64,000 bases of DNA from Isosphaeraceae bacterium (GTDB lineage Bacteria > Planctomycetota > Planctomycetia > Isosphaerales > Isosphaeraceae). The position numbers and the translations under genes are program-made. This document shows, piece after piece, positions 54,244 to 62,641 of the stretch. The stretch is from positions 68,214 to 132,213 of the forward strand of contig JANRKW010000014.1 of assembly GCA_033763215.1 (NCBI GenBank), written 5' to 3'. Below the pieces are notes generated by a model. That model had not been told where the DNA came from, searched no databases, and saw nothing but the letters and a program-made list of their open reading frames with translations. Position 1 is the first letter of the stretch. The number at the start of each line of letters is the position of its first letter.

Positions 54244-55821
54244 ATGCTTGGAAGGATACAAGCCGTGACCAATGAACGACATGTGGCGAGAGTCGCCCTG
54301 CTCGTGATCGCCGCCGCCATGCTCTTCGGGCGATCGGCCTCGCAGTCGTCGGTGATGTTCGACGACGGAACGCGCTACATCCGACAGGCTCGGAGCATCG
54401 ACGCCGGCGCTTGGGGTGAGGGGCTCCTGAAGGCGGTCGACCATCCCATGTATCCCCTCTCGATCGCGGCGTGGCATCGAGTTCTCGGTGGAGATTCCCC
54501 GGCCGACTGGGAACGAGCGGGGCATTTCGCCTCGGTCTTTGCCGGCGTGCTCTGGTGCATTCCGCTCTATTTGATCGCTCTCGAATTCTACGGTGGAGCG
54601 AGTGCGTGGATCGCGGTCGCCATCGCGTTGATCCTACCGGTGACCGGCAGGGTGTTCGCGGACGTCCTCTCCGAATCGACATTTCAGCTCTTCTGGTGCT
54701 GGGGCGTCTGGTGCGCGACGCGCTTCCTCCGCCAGGGGCATTTCGCCTGGATCCCCGCCGCGATCGCCTTCTCCGGCCTTGCCTACCTCACCAGACCCGA
54801 GGGCCTGCTCCTTCCGATCGCACTGGTCGCGACCCTGATGGTGATCCCATTGTTTCGGTCGGTGCATTTGAACTGGCCGAGATGGTGGGCCGCGGTCGGG
54901 TTCCTCGTCATCGGGCCGGCGCTGATCGTCGGTCCATACGTCATGCTGGAGGGCGGCCTGGGCACGAAGCCCGCCGTCGCTCGGATCCTGGGCACTGCCC
55001 CGAAGTCGTCGCCCACGGCCGTCGAGCGCAAACGCCCGCTCGACCCCGACCAGTCGATCGCCAAGACCTATTCCGATGCCTCGCGTGAAGTGGTCTTCGC
55101 GATCCGCGACGGTCTGACCGTGCCGCTCGTCCCCTTCTTGCTCGCGGGCCTGGCGTTTGCCTGGCCGCCAAGCGAACGCCGGCGGGCCTGGATTCTCATC
55201 GGCATGATCCTCGGCGCTTCGGTGCTCGCGTTGATCCGCCTCCATGCGACCGCGGGTTACTGCGAGCCGAGGCATGCGATGATCATCATCTACCCGCTCG
55301 TCTGCCTGGCGGCGTTCGGGCTCGAGTCGATCCTCTCACGGGTCACGATTCCGGGGCGCTTCGTCGGTCTGGGCGAGGGACGTTACCAGCCCGGTCCGAT
55401 CGTTTGGGTTGCGGTCTTGGGCGGATTGGCCCTCTGGAATGCAGGCGAGATCTTCTCGTCGATCAACCGCGAGAAGGCCGGCTACCGAGGCGCGGGAGCG
55501 TATCTTGCGGAGCACGCGACGGCCGAGGACCGAACCGTCGACCTCGTCGGTCTCTCGCTTTTCTACGGAGGCCGCGAAGGGTATACGTTCGCCGACCTCC
55601 ATGCCGCACCCGGCGATCCTCGGACGCGCTGGGTCGTCGTTCGCGAGGCCCACCTTCGCGGGGATTGGCCCTATTGCGAGCGGATCCGCGAGATCGTCGG
55701 CGATCGCTTGCCGGTGGCGACCTTCCCCGAACAAATCTCGAAGGGGCAGGCGAAGGTGCTCGTGTTCCGGCTCGACCGCCCCGAGGCGTCGGTCGCCGCT
55801 CGACCCGATGCGGTCCGCTGA
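54244..55821 (+). CDS. Polytopic membrane glycosyltransferase-like protein (GT39/GT83, ArnT/PMT-type fold)
   Basis: ATG at 54244 (checked). ~11 predicted TM helices. First-loop acidic motif MFDDGTRYIRQA, comparable to the DExxY/R motif of ArnT/PMT enzymes. Soluble C-terminal domain. Confidence 0.5.
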   Translation: MLGRIQAVTNERHVARVALLVIAAAMLFGRSASQSSVMFDDGTRYIRQARSIDAGAWGEGLLKAVDHPMYPLSIAAWHRVLGGDSPADWERAGHFASVFAGVLWCIPLYLIALEFYGGASAWIAVAIALILPVTGRVFADVLSESTFQLFWCWGVWCATRFLRQGHFAWIPAAIAFSGLAYLTRPEGLLLPIALVATLMVIPLFRSVHLNWPRWWAAVGFLVIGPALIVGPYVMLEGGLGTKPAVARILGTAPKSSPTAVERKRPLDPDQSIAKTYSDASREVVFAIRDGLTVPLVPFLLAGLAFAWPPSERRRAWILIGMILGASVLALIRLHATAGYCEPRHAMIIIYPLVCLAAFGLESILSRVTIPGRFVGLGEGRYQPGPIVWVAVLGGLALWNAGEIFSSINREKAGYRGAGAYLAEHATAEDRTVDLVGLSLFYGGREGYTFADLHAAPGDPRTRWVVVREAHLRGDWPYCERIREIVGDRLPVATFPEQISKGQAKVLVFRLDRPEASVAARPDAVR

Positions 55822-55846
55822 TCATCCCTCGTGCGGAAGCTCACCC

Positions 55847-57127
55847 ATGAAGATCGCCTGGTTCACGCATCGATATCATCCCTGCATCGGAGGCGCGGAG
55901 ACATACGGCCGTGCAGTGGTCAAGCGGTTCGTACGCGCGGGGCATGAGGTCGATGTCTTCACGTCGGATGCTCACGAGCTCGCCTACTATACGGATCGCA
56001 ATTGCCGCAAGGTCGACGCGCCCGAGCGATCGGTCGTCGACGGAGCGAACGTACGCCGGCTTCCAGTGCGTCACTATCCGCTCCAACGCTACGTCGGGAA
56101 GGCCCTCAGCCTCGTACCGCATCGGCCGACTCAGTGTCGATTCGCGTCATACATGCCGTGGATCCCGGGCTTGGGTTCGATCCGAGGCGACTACGACGCC
56201 GTCTTCGGTGTCGGCTTCCCCTTCACCAACTTCTCCCATGCCGCGCTCCGGACCGCACGCGCGGCCGGGGCTCCGTTGATCCTGACGCCGTTCCTCCATC
56301 TCGCCACGCCCGGCGACCCCGTCCACCGGACCTACACCCGGCCGCACCAGATCTCTCTGCTTCGTGCAGCCGACCTCGTGATCAATCCGACTCAACGCGC
56401 TTCAGAGACCGTCATATCCTGGGGCATTTCTTCCGACAGAGTTGCCACGATCTCGATGGCGATCGATCGCCGCGACGTCATCGGCGGTGATCGCGATCGA
56501 TTCCGACACGAGCAGTCACTCTCACCGACCGGGCCCGTCATCGGCCAACTCGGAGCACTCGACCCGAACAAGGGCTCTTGCGACCTGATCCTCGCGTGCG
56601 ACCGAATCCACGACCGCGGCCGCGCGGTCGAACTCGTGCTCGCGGGCAACCCCACGCGCGAATTCCGCCGGTTCCTCGAAGAGCATCCGCGCGAGCGACC
56701 TTGGCTCCGCCTCACCGGGCCTCTGCCAGTCTCGGAGGTCCCTTCGTTCTATGCGGCTCTCGACATCTTCTCGATGCCCTCGCGGACAGACTCGTTCGGC
56801 ATCGTCTTTCTCGAGGCGTGGGCCAACGGCTTGCCCGTCGTCGCGGCAGACGCCGGCGGTGTTCCCGAGGTCGTCGACGACGGTCGAACCGGTCGGCTCG
56901 TGCCCTTCGGCGACGTCGAGGCGCTGAGGGCTGCGTTCGAGCGGTGGATCGACGACCCAACCGAGCGTCGACGAATCGGCGAGGAAGGTCGGCGTCACGT
57001 CGAGAAGGGCTTCGACTGGGACGATCGCTTCGATTCGATCCTGGCCCACACCCGCCGCCTCGTCGAATCTCGCGGTCGCCGTGTTTCCGGTGGTTGGGGC
57101 GACACGATCGGTCGGAGAGCTTCATGA
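55847..57127 (+). CDS. Family 4 glycosyltransferase (GT-B, RfaB-like)
   Basis: ATG at 55847 (checked). MKIAWFTHRYHPCIGGAETY. C-terminal EX7E-type region FSMPSRTDSFGIVFLEAWANGLPVVAADAGGVPEVV. Confidence 0.8.
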   Translation: MKIAWFTHRYHPCIGGAETYGRAVVKRFVRAGHEVDVFTSDAHELAYYTDRNCRKVDAPERSVVDGANVRRLPVRHYPLQRYVGKALSLVPHRPTQCRFASYMPWIPGLGSIRGDYDAVFGVGFPFTNFSHAALRTARAAGAPLILTPFLHLATPGDPVHRTYTRPHQISLLRAADLVINPTQRASETVISWGISSDRVATISMAIDRRDVIGGDRDRFRHEQSLSPTGPVIGQLGALDPNKGSCDLILACDRIHDRGRAVELVLAGNPTREFRRFLEEHPRERPWLRLTGPLPVSEVPSFYAALDIFSMPSRTDSFGIVFLEAWANGLPVVAADAGGVPEVVDDGRTGRLVPFGDVEALRAAFERWIDDPTERRRIGEEGRRHVEKGFDWDDRFDSILAHTRRLVESRGRRVSGGWGDTIGRRAS

Positions 57128-58293
57128 GCATCGAATCAGTCGCGAGTATGCCGAGTCGTTGGTTTCCGCGCCTCCGCGCCGTACTCGGTCGTCTCCCGCT
57201 CGGATTCTTGGGCACTCTGGTTTTGATCGCGCTCGTCGAATCAGCGCTTGGCGGGATGCGTCTCGAGATCGCCCCGCCGCCGACCCTCTCGTGGATCGCG
57301 AGCGACGATGCGACGCGCTCGGGGCTTGGGCCGATCGATGTGCTCTGCCTCGGCGACAGCTTGATCAAGCACGGACTGCTTCCGCTCGAGATCGAAAGAC
57401 TCATCGGCAAGCCTTCATTCAACCTCGCAGTCAGCGCAGCGCAGCCGCCGACGACCGAGGCGATGCTCCGTCATGCTCTCGATCGCGGAGCCCGGCCATC
57501 GGCGATCGTGATCGGTTACTCGCCCGACATGCTCCTCGGCGGCCCCTCGGCATCGGTTCGCAACTACCCAGAGATCCTCGGGCCGCTCGAACTGATCGAC
57601 CTCGCCCGCGAAGCGCGAGATCGCGACTTCGGCACCGAGGCGATCATCGGCAGCCTTCTTCCCAGCGTCAGAGCAAGGTTCGAGCTGCGCGCGATGATCG
57701 CGTCGACGGTACTCGACCCAAAGCGGGAACGCGACCGCGAGGTCACCGCCTCGATGCTCCTCCGGAATTGGAGCCTCAATCGAGGAGCGCAATTCACGCC
57801 CGAACGACCGGAATACCGCGGAGAGGTCTCCGAGGCCGACATCGAACGTCTCTCCGCTCGCCGCTTCTGGTGCAATCGCTTGAACATGAAGGCGATCGAA
57901 CGCACGATCCGGCTCGCGACCGATCGAGGGATCCGTGTCTACTGGCTGCTCTGCCCAGTCACCCCGGCTCTCAGAGAGGTCAGGGTCGCATCGGGCTCCG
58001 AATCGAAGGAAACGGCGTTCGTCGAGGGATTCCTAGGGCGATTCCCCGGGCTCACCGTGATCGACGCACGCGAATCCGGCCTCCCGTCCGACTGCTTCGT
58101 CGACCCGATCCACACGAGCGGCCGCGGGGCGCTTCGACTCACGAAGGCGGCGGCGGCGATCCTCGCCGATCCGACGCGGACCGGTCTCGTTCGGGTCTCG
58201 GCGCCCGAGGTCGACTGGGGCGATCCCCCCTATGAGACGCTCCACGAATCCGAGTTCGCAGTGCGAAGCGCCGCGGGACGGCTTCGCCGCTGA
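57124..58293 (+). CDS. Membrane-anchored SGNH/GDSL-like hydrolase or acyl-esterase. Tentative.
   Basis: ATGA overlap with the GT4 stop (ATG 57124). TM LGFLGTLVLIALV, then the GDSL block IDVLCLGDSLIKHG. C-terminal DPIHTSGRG, a possible DxxH catalytic pair. Confidence 0.45.
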   Translation: MSIESVASMPSRWFPRLRAVLGRLPLGFLGTLVLIALVESALGGMRLEIAPPPTLSWIASDDATRSGLGPIDVLCLGDSLIKHGLLPLEIERLIGKPSFNLAVSAAQPPTTEAMLRHALDRGARPSAIVIGYSPDMLLGGPSASVRNYPEILGPLELIDLAREARDRDFGTEAIIGSLLPSVRARFELRAMIASTVLDPKRERDREVTASMLLRNWSLNRGAQFTPERPEYRGEVSEADIERLSARRFWCNRLNMKAIERTIRLATDRGIRVYWLLCPVTPALREVRVASGSESKETAFVEGFLGRFPGLTVIDARESGLPSDCFVDPIHTSGRGALRLTKAAAAILADPTRTGLVRVSAPEVDWGDPPYETLHESEFAVRSAAGRLRR

Positions 58294-58619
58294 CGACTCC
58301 CGAGAGCCGCCCCCGCTCAGCTCCCTCGGGACTCGCCGCCTCCCCGACCGAGAATTCTATAATCCGCCCCTGAGCCCGCTCTCCCATCGGCTCGTGGATG
58401 GGGATTCACGAAGACGCGAGCTTTGCCGCTTCGGCCTCGATCTTCGGCACTTCCCAGCCGGTCCAACTCGATCTCGACGCGATTTGACTGCGGGGTGCGG
58501 CGATCGCTTGCATTTCGGCGGCGAATCCATACATTGTTTAACAAAGGCCCAGGCGGAGCGCTCGCGCGGTCGTCTCGTCGGCAAGTTCGTGTTTCCGCGT
58601 ATTGTTGGGGGGGACTCCG

Positions 58620-61055
58620 ATGCGTGAGTCGGTCGGTCGAATCCTCGCGATCTCGTCTCTGGCGCTCTCCCCTGCTCTCTGCTCGGCGGCGGAGAAGCCG
58701 CAAGAGCTCCAGGTCTTTCCGAGTGCAGTCCGCCTGGAGGGGCCCGAGGCGTCTCACGGCTTGGTCGTCGTCTCGGTCGACGCCGCGGGCCGATCGCGCG
58801 ACGCGACCGACTCGGCCCGAATCCGATCGAGCAACCCGGCGATCTTCGTCGTGGATGCGACAGGCCGACTCGCTCCTCGAGGAGACGGGAAGGCGGAGGC
58901 GATCGTGTCGATCGACGGAGTCGAGTCGCGCGTGTCTGTTGAGGTTCGAGGAGCGTCGCTGCCGCGCGTGGTCTCGTTTCGCCGCGAGATCGAGCCCGTT
59001 TTGACCAAGCTGGGCTGCAACCAGGGGGCGTGTCACGGCAGTCAACACGGCAAGGGCGGTTTCAAATTGTCGCTGCTGGGTTTCGAGCCCGAGCCCGACC
59101 ACGCTGCGATCGTGAAGAGCGCGGAGGGACGGCGAGTGACGCCTTTTGCGCCGGCTGAGAGCTTGCTCCTGCTCAAGCCGACCCTGCGAGTCGGCCACGG
59201 CGGGGGCAAGAAGCTCGAGCCCGACTCGGACGAGCATCGGCTGATCGAACTCTGGCTTGCCCAGGGCGCGCCCGGTCCGTCGGCGAACGAGCCCGAGGTG
59301 ACTCGGCTGAGCGTCCATCCCCCTCGGCGCCGCCTCGAACCTGGTGAGACCCAGCGATTGGTCGTGACTGCGGAGTTCACCGACGGCGCCACGCGCGACG
59401 TGACTTCCACGACGAAGTTCGACACGCTCGGCGAGGCGGTCGCCACGGTCGATTCGGCGGGCCGCGTCCGAATTCTCGGCGCGGGCGAAACCAACATCCT
59501 GGCCCGGCATCGCGGTCGCGCGGCGATGTCGTTGTTCACAGTACCGTACGGTCCCGAGCGTCGCTTCGAGTGGAATCTTTCGAACCCCATCGACCGCCTG
59601 GCCGCGGCCAAGTGGCGCGAATTGGGGCTCGCGCCCTCGGAACCGTGCACCGACACCGAATTCCTGCGGCGAGCGATGCTCGACGCGATCGGTACGCTGC
59701 CGACTCCGCAAGAGATCGAGGCGTTCCTTGCCGATCGCTCGCCCGACAAACGCACGAAGATCGTCGACGCCATCCTCGATCGTCCCGAATATGTCGATTA
59801 TTGGACGCTGAAGTGGGGAGACCTGCTCCGCATCGAGCGTCAGAAGCTCGGCATGCCGGGGATGCTGGCGTTCAATCTCTGGCTCCGAGAGTCGTTTCGC
59901 GACAATCGCCGGTTCGACCGGATGATCGAAGAACTCGTGACCGCGCAAGGGTCGATCTACAGCCGAGGGCCCGCGAATTACTTCCGAGTCGCGTCGTCGC
60001 CCGACGACCTTGCGGAAACGACGGCCCAGGTGTTCATGGGCGTGCGTTTGCAGTGCGCGAAGTGTCATCACCATCCGTTCGAGTCGTACGGTCAAGACGA
60101 CTACTACGGCCTCGCCGCCTACTTCGCGCGAATCCGGACGAAGAACAGCCAGGAGTTCGGGCTCTTCGGCCGCGAGCAAGTGATCTATACCGCGAAGACC
60201 GGCGAGGTCCGGCAGCCCCGGAGCGGCAAGGTGATGGCGCCCAAGCCGCTCTCCGCCGAGCCGAGCGACGACCCGGTCGATCGCCGCCGCGCACTCGCAC
60301 GATGGTTGACCGATCCCAAGAACCCGTGGACTGCACGGAGCGTCGCCAATCGGTACTGGGGGGCGTTCTTCTCGAGCGGACTGGTCAATCCGATCGACGA
60401 TCTCCGAGAGACGAATCCGCCGTCGAACCCCGCACTTCTCGACGCACTCGCGGACTCGTTCATCGCGAGCGGATTCGACCTCAAAGCGCTCATGCGCTTG
60501 ATCATGAGCAGCCGAGTCTATCAGTTGTCCTCGATTCCGACGCCCGAGAACCGGCTCGATCGGCGTTGGTTCACACACTACCTGCCGCGTCGACTGGGTG
60601 CGGAGGTGCTGCTGGATGCGGTCAATGCGGCGACCGACTCGACCGAGGATTTCAAGCTCCGCCCCGACGGCACGCGAGCGATCTCCCTTCCCGATCCCGA
60701 GTACAAGTCGACCTTCCTCGACACCTTCGGTCGACCGGTGCGTGCGATCGCATGCGAGTGCGAGCGTGGCACCGAGCCGAACCTCGCACAAGCTCTCGCT
60801 CTGATGAACAGCGAAGAGATCAACGCGAAGCTCGCGGCTCCGAAAGGACGGGTCGCCCGTCTCGCGGGTGATCGAACGATCGACGATCAGCAATTGATCC
60901 GGACACTCTACCTCCTCACTTTCTCGCGACCGCCCGACCCCGAAGAGATCGAAGTCGCAACCAAGGCGATCCGAGCCGCTCCCGATCGGGCCCAAGGCGC
61001 GCAGGACCTCCTCTGGGGGTTGCTGAACTCGAAAGAGTTTCTGTTCAACCACTGA
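58620..61055 (+). CDS. Planctomycete-type DUF1549/DUF1553 (PSCyt2/PSD1) protein with N-terminal Ig-like (BIG2) domains
   Basis: ATG at 58620. Signal ILAISSLALSPALCSAAEK. LGCNQGACHG is the PSCyt2 box. CAKCHHHPFESYGQDDYYGLAAYFARI is the DUF1549/1553 heme-like CxxCH box. Confidence 0.85.
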   Translation: MRESVGRILAISSLALSPALCSAAEKPQELQVFPSAVRLEGPEASHGLVVVSVDAAGRSRDATDSARIRSSNPAIFVVDATGRLAPRGDGKAEAIVSIDGVESRVSVEVRGASLPRVVSFRREIEPVLTKLGCNQGACHGSQHGKGGFKLSLLGFEPEPDHAAIVKSAEGRRVTPFAPAESLLLLKPTLRVGHGGGKKLEPDSDEHRLIELWLAQGAPGPSANEPEVTRLSVHPPRRRLEPGETQRLVVTAEFTDGATRDVTSTTKFDTLGEAVATVDSAGRVRILGAGETNILARHRGRAAMSLFTVPYGPERRFEWNLSNPIDRLAAAKWRELGLAPSEPCTDTEFLRRAMLDAIGTLPTPQEIEAFLADRSPDKRTKIVDAILDRPEYVDYWTLKWGDLLRIERQKLGMPGMLAFNLWLRESFRDNRRFDRMIEELVTAQGSIYSRGPANYFRVASSPDDLAETTAQVFMGVRLQCAKCHHHPFESYGQDDYYGLAAYFARIRTKNSQEFGLFGREQVIYTAKTGEVRQPRSGKVMAPKPLSAEPSDDPVDRRRALARWLTDPKNPWTARSVANRYWGAFFSSGLVNPIDDLRETNPPSNPALLDALADSFIASGFDLKALMRLIMSSRVYQLSSIPTPENRLDRRWFTHYLPRRLGAEVLLDAVNAATDSTEDFKLRPDGTRAISLPDPEYKSTFLDTFGRPVRAIACECERGTEPNLAQALALMNSEEINAKLAAPKGRVARLAGDRTIDDQQLIRTLYLLTFSRPPDPEEIEVATKAIRAAPDRAQGAQDLLWGLLNSKEFLFNH

Positions 61056-61071
61056 AATCAAAGGATGGTCG

Positions 61072-62640
61072 ATGGCTGCGATGCACACGAAACTCGTACT
61101 TGCGACATTGGTTGGTTGGGTCTCGCTCGCCGCCGCCGCCGCGGCCGACGATTCCCCCGACTACGGCTCCGATGTCCGTCCGCTCCTTCGAGCACGATGC
61201 ACGGTGTGTCACTCTGAGAAGAATCGCTCGAAGGTCGAGATCTCCGGCGGCCTCGTGCTCGACTCGATCGAGGGGATCCGTCGAGGGGTCGGCGGCAAGG
61301 CGGTCGTGAAGCCGGGGGATCCAGGTAAGAGTTCGCTGATCACACGGCTCAGCGAAACGGACGAAGACCTCCGCATGCCGCGCGACGCCGATCCTTTAGC
61401 GGAAGCCGAGCGCGAGTTGCTGAGGCGCTGGGTCGAGGCCGGCCTGCCCGCGGGAGGGGTCGGGGGAACGCCGTCGGACGAGTCGGTCGAGGTCGGTCGC
61501 TCGAGTCGCCCCGCTCGCACGGGCACTGTTTCGATCTCGTACGACCGCCCGCTCGAAAAGAATGAGTCGAAGCCGGTCTCGGGCACGATTCGGCTCGTCG
61601 CCGCCCCGATGCCGCCGGTCACCGCCCTGGCCTTCAGTCCCGACGGCGGCCGACTCGCCGTCGGGTCGCACGGACGGGTCGTGGTCTGGGATCTCCCAAA
61701 GCTCGAGCCTGCTCACTTCGTCGACGACTTCCCGGGGATGGTCGGGTCGCTGCTCTTTCCCGACGGCGATCGCCTCGTGATCGGAGGCGGCCGACCGGCG
61801 ATCGAGGGCGTGGTCGAGATTCGCAGGCTTTCCTCGGGCAAGCTCGAGCGTCGGCTGACGGGTCACGACGACGTCGTGGCGGCGGTCGCGCTGAGGCCCG
61901 ACGGCCGCGCCCTCGCGACGGCATCGTTCGACCAGACCGTGCGATTCTGGGATCTCACGGATGCGGCCACCGCTCCCAAGGTCTTTCGAGGGCATTCGGA
62001 TTTCGTCCACGACGTCGTCTGGATGCCCGACGGCCGATCGGTTCTGTCGTGTTCAAAGGATCGATCGATCAAACGCATCGATGTCGAATCGTTGAAGGAA
62101 ACGATGACCTACAGCGGTCACGACTCCGACGTCCTGAGCCTGGCTCTCCGGACCGACGGCAAGGAGTTCGTGTCGGGCGGGATCGACTCGCAACTCCGGA
62201 TCTGGTCGGTCGACTCGGAGAAATCGACGAAGCGATTGAGCGGTCATTCGGGGCCGATCCATCAGCTCGCGTCGTCGAGGTCGGCGGGGCTGACCGCGAC
62301 GGCCTCGGGCGACGGTTCGGCTCGACTCTTTCGAGGCGACTCTTGGGCCCCCGAGGCGACGATTCCCAACCTCGGAGAGTGGCAATACGCCGCCGCACTC
62401 GACGCGGACGGCAAGACGTTGGCGTTGGGCGGCTGGGACGGACTGACCCGCGTCTGGAAGCTCGACGGCAAGAAGCAGCGCCTGGCGGCAACGTTGGTCC
62501 AGCCCACACTCGACCCCTCCAAGCCCGATTGGCTGTCGGTCGCTGCCGACGGTCGCGCCCGCGCCTCCGCCGTTCTGATCCCGACGATCCGGCGCGTCGA
62601 GGGCGGGACGGACGTCGAACCACGACTGAAAGGCGAGTGA
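61072..62640 (+). CDS. PSCyt1 (planctomycete cytochrome-c-like) domain fused to a WD40 beta-propeller
   Basis: Signal LVLATLVGWVSLAAAAAA. CTVCHSEKNRSKVEISGGLVLDS...GDPGKSSLITRLSETDEDLRMP is the PSCyt1 motif. Then 6-7 WD40 repeats: GHDDVVAAVALRPDG, GHSDFVHDVVWMPDG, GHDSDVLSLA, GHSGPIHQL. Confidence 0.8.
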   Translation: MAAMHTKLVLATLVGWVSLAAAAAADDSPDYGSDVRPLLRARCTVCHSEKNRSKVEISGGLVLDSIEGIRRGVGGKAVVKPGDPGKSSLITRLSETDEDLRMPRDADPLAEAERELLRRWVEAGLPAGGVGGTPSDESVEVGRSSRPARTGTVSISYDRPLEKNESKPVSGTIRLVAAPMPPVTALAFSPDGGRLAVGSHGRVVVWDLPKLEPAHFVDDFPGMVGSLLFPDGDRLVIGGGRPAIEGVVEIRRLSSGKLERRLTGHDDVVAAVALRPDGRALATASFDQTVRFWDLTDAATAPKVFRGHSDFVHDVVWMPDGRSVLSCSKDRSIKRIDVESLKETMTYSGHDSDVLSLALRTDGKEFVSGGIDSQLRIWSVDSEKSTKRLSGHSGPIHQLASSRSAGLTATASGDGSARLFRGDSWAPEATIPNLGEWQYAAALDADGKTLALGGWDGLTRVWKLDGKKQRLAATLVQPTLDPSKPDWLSVAADGRARASAVLIPTIRRVEGGTDVEPRLKGE

Positions 62641-62641
62641 A

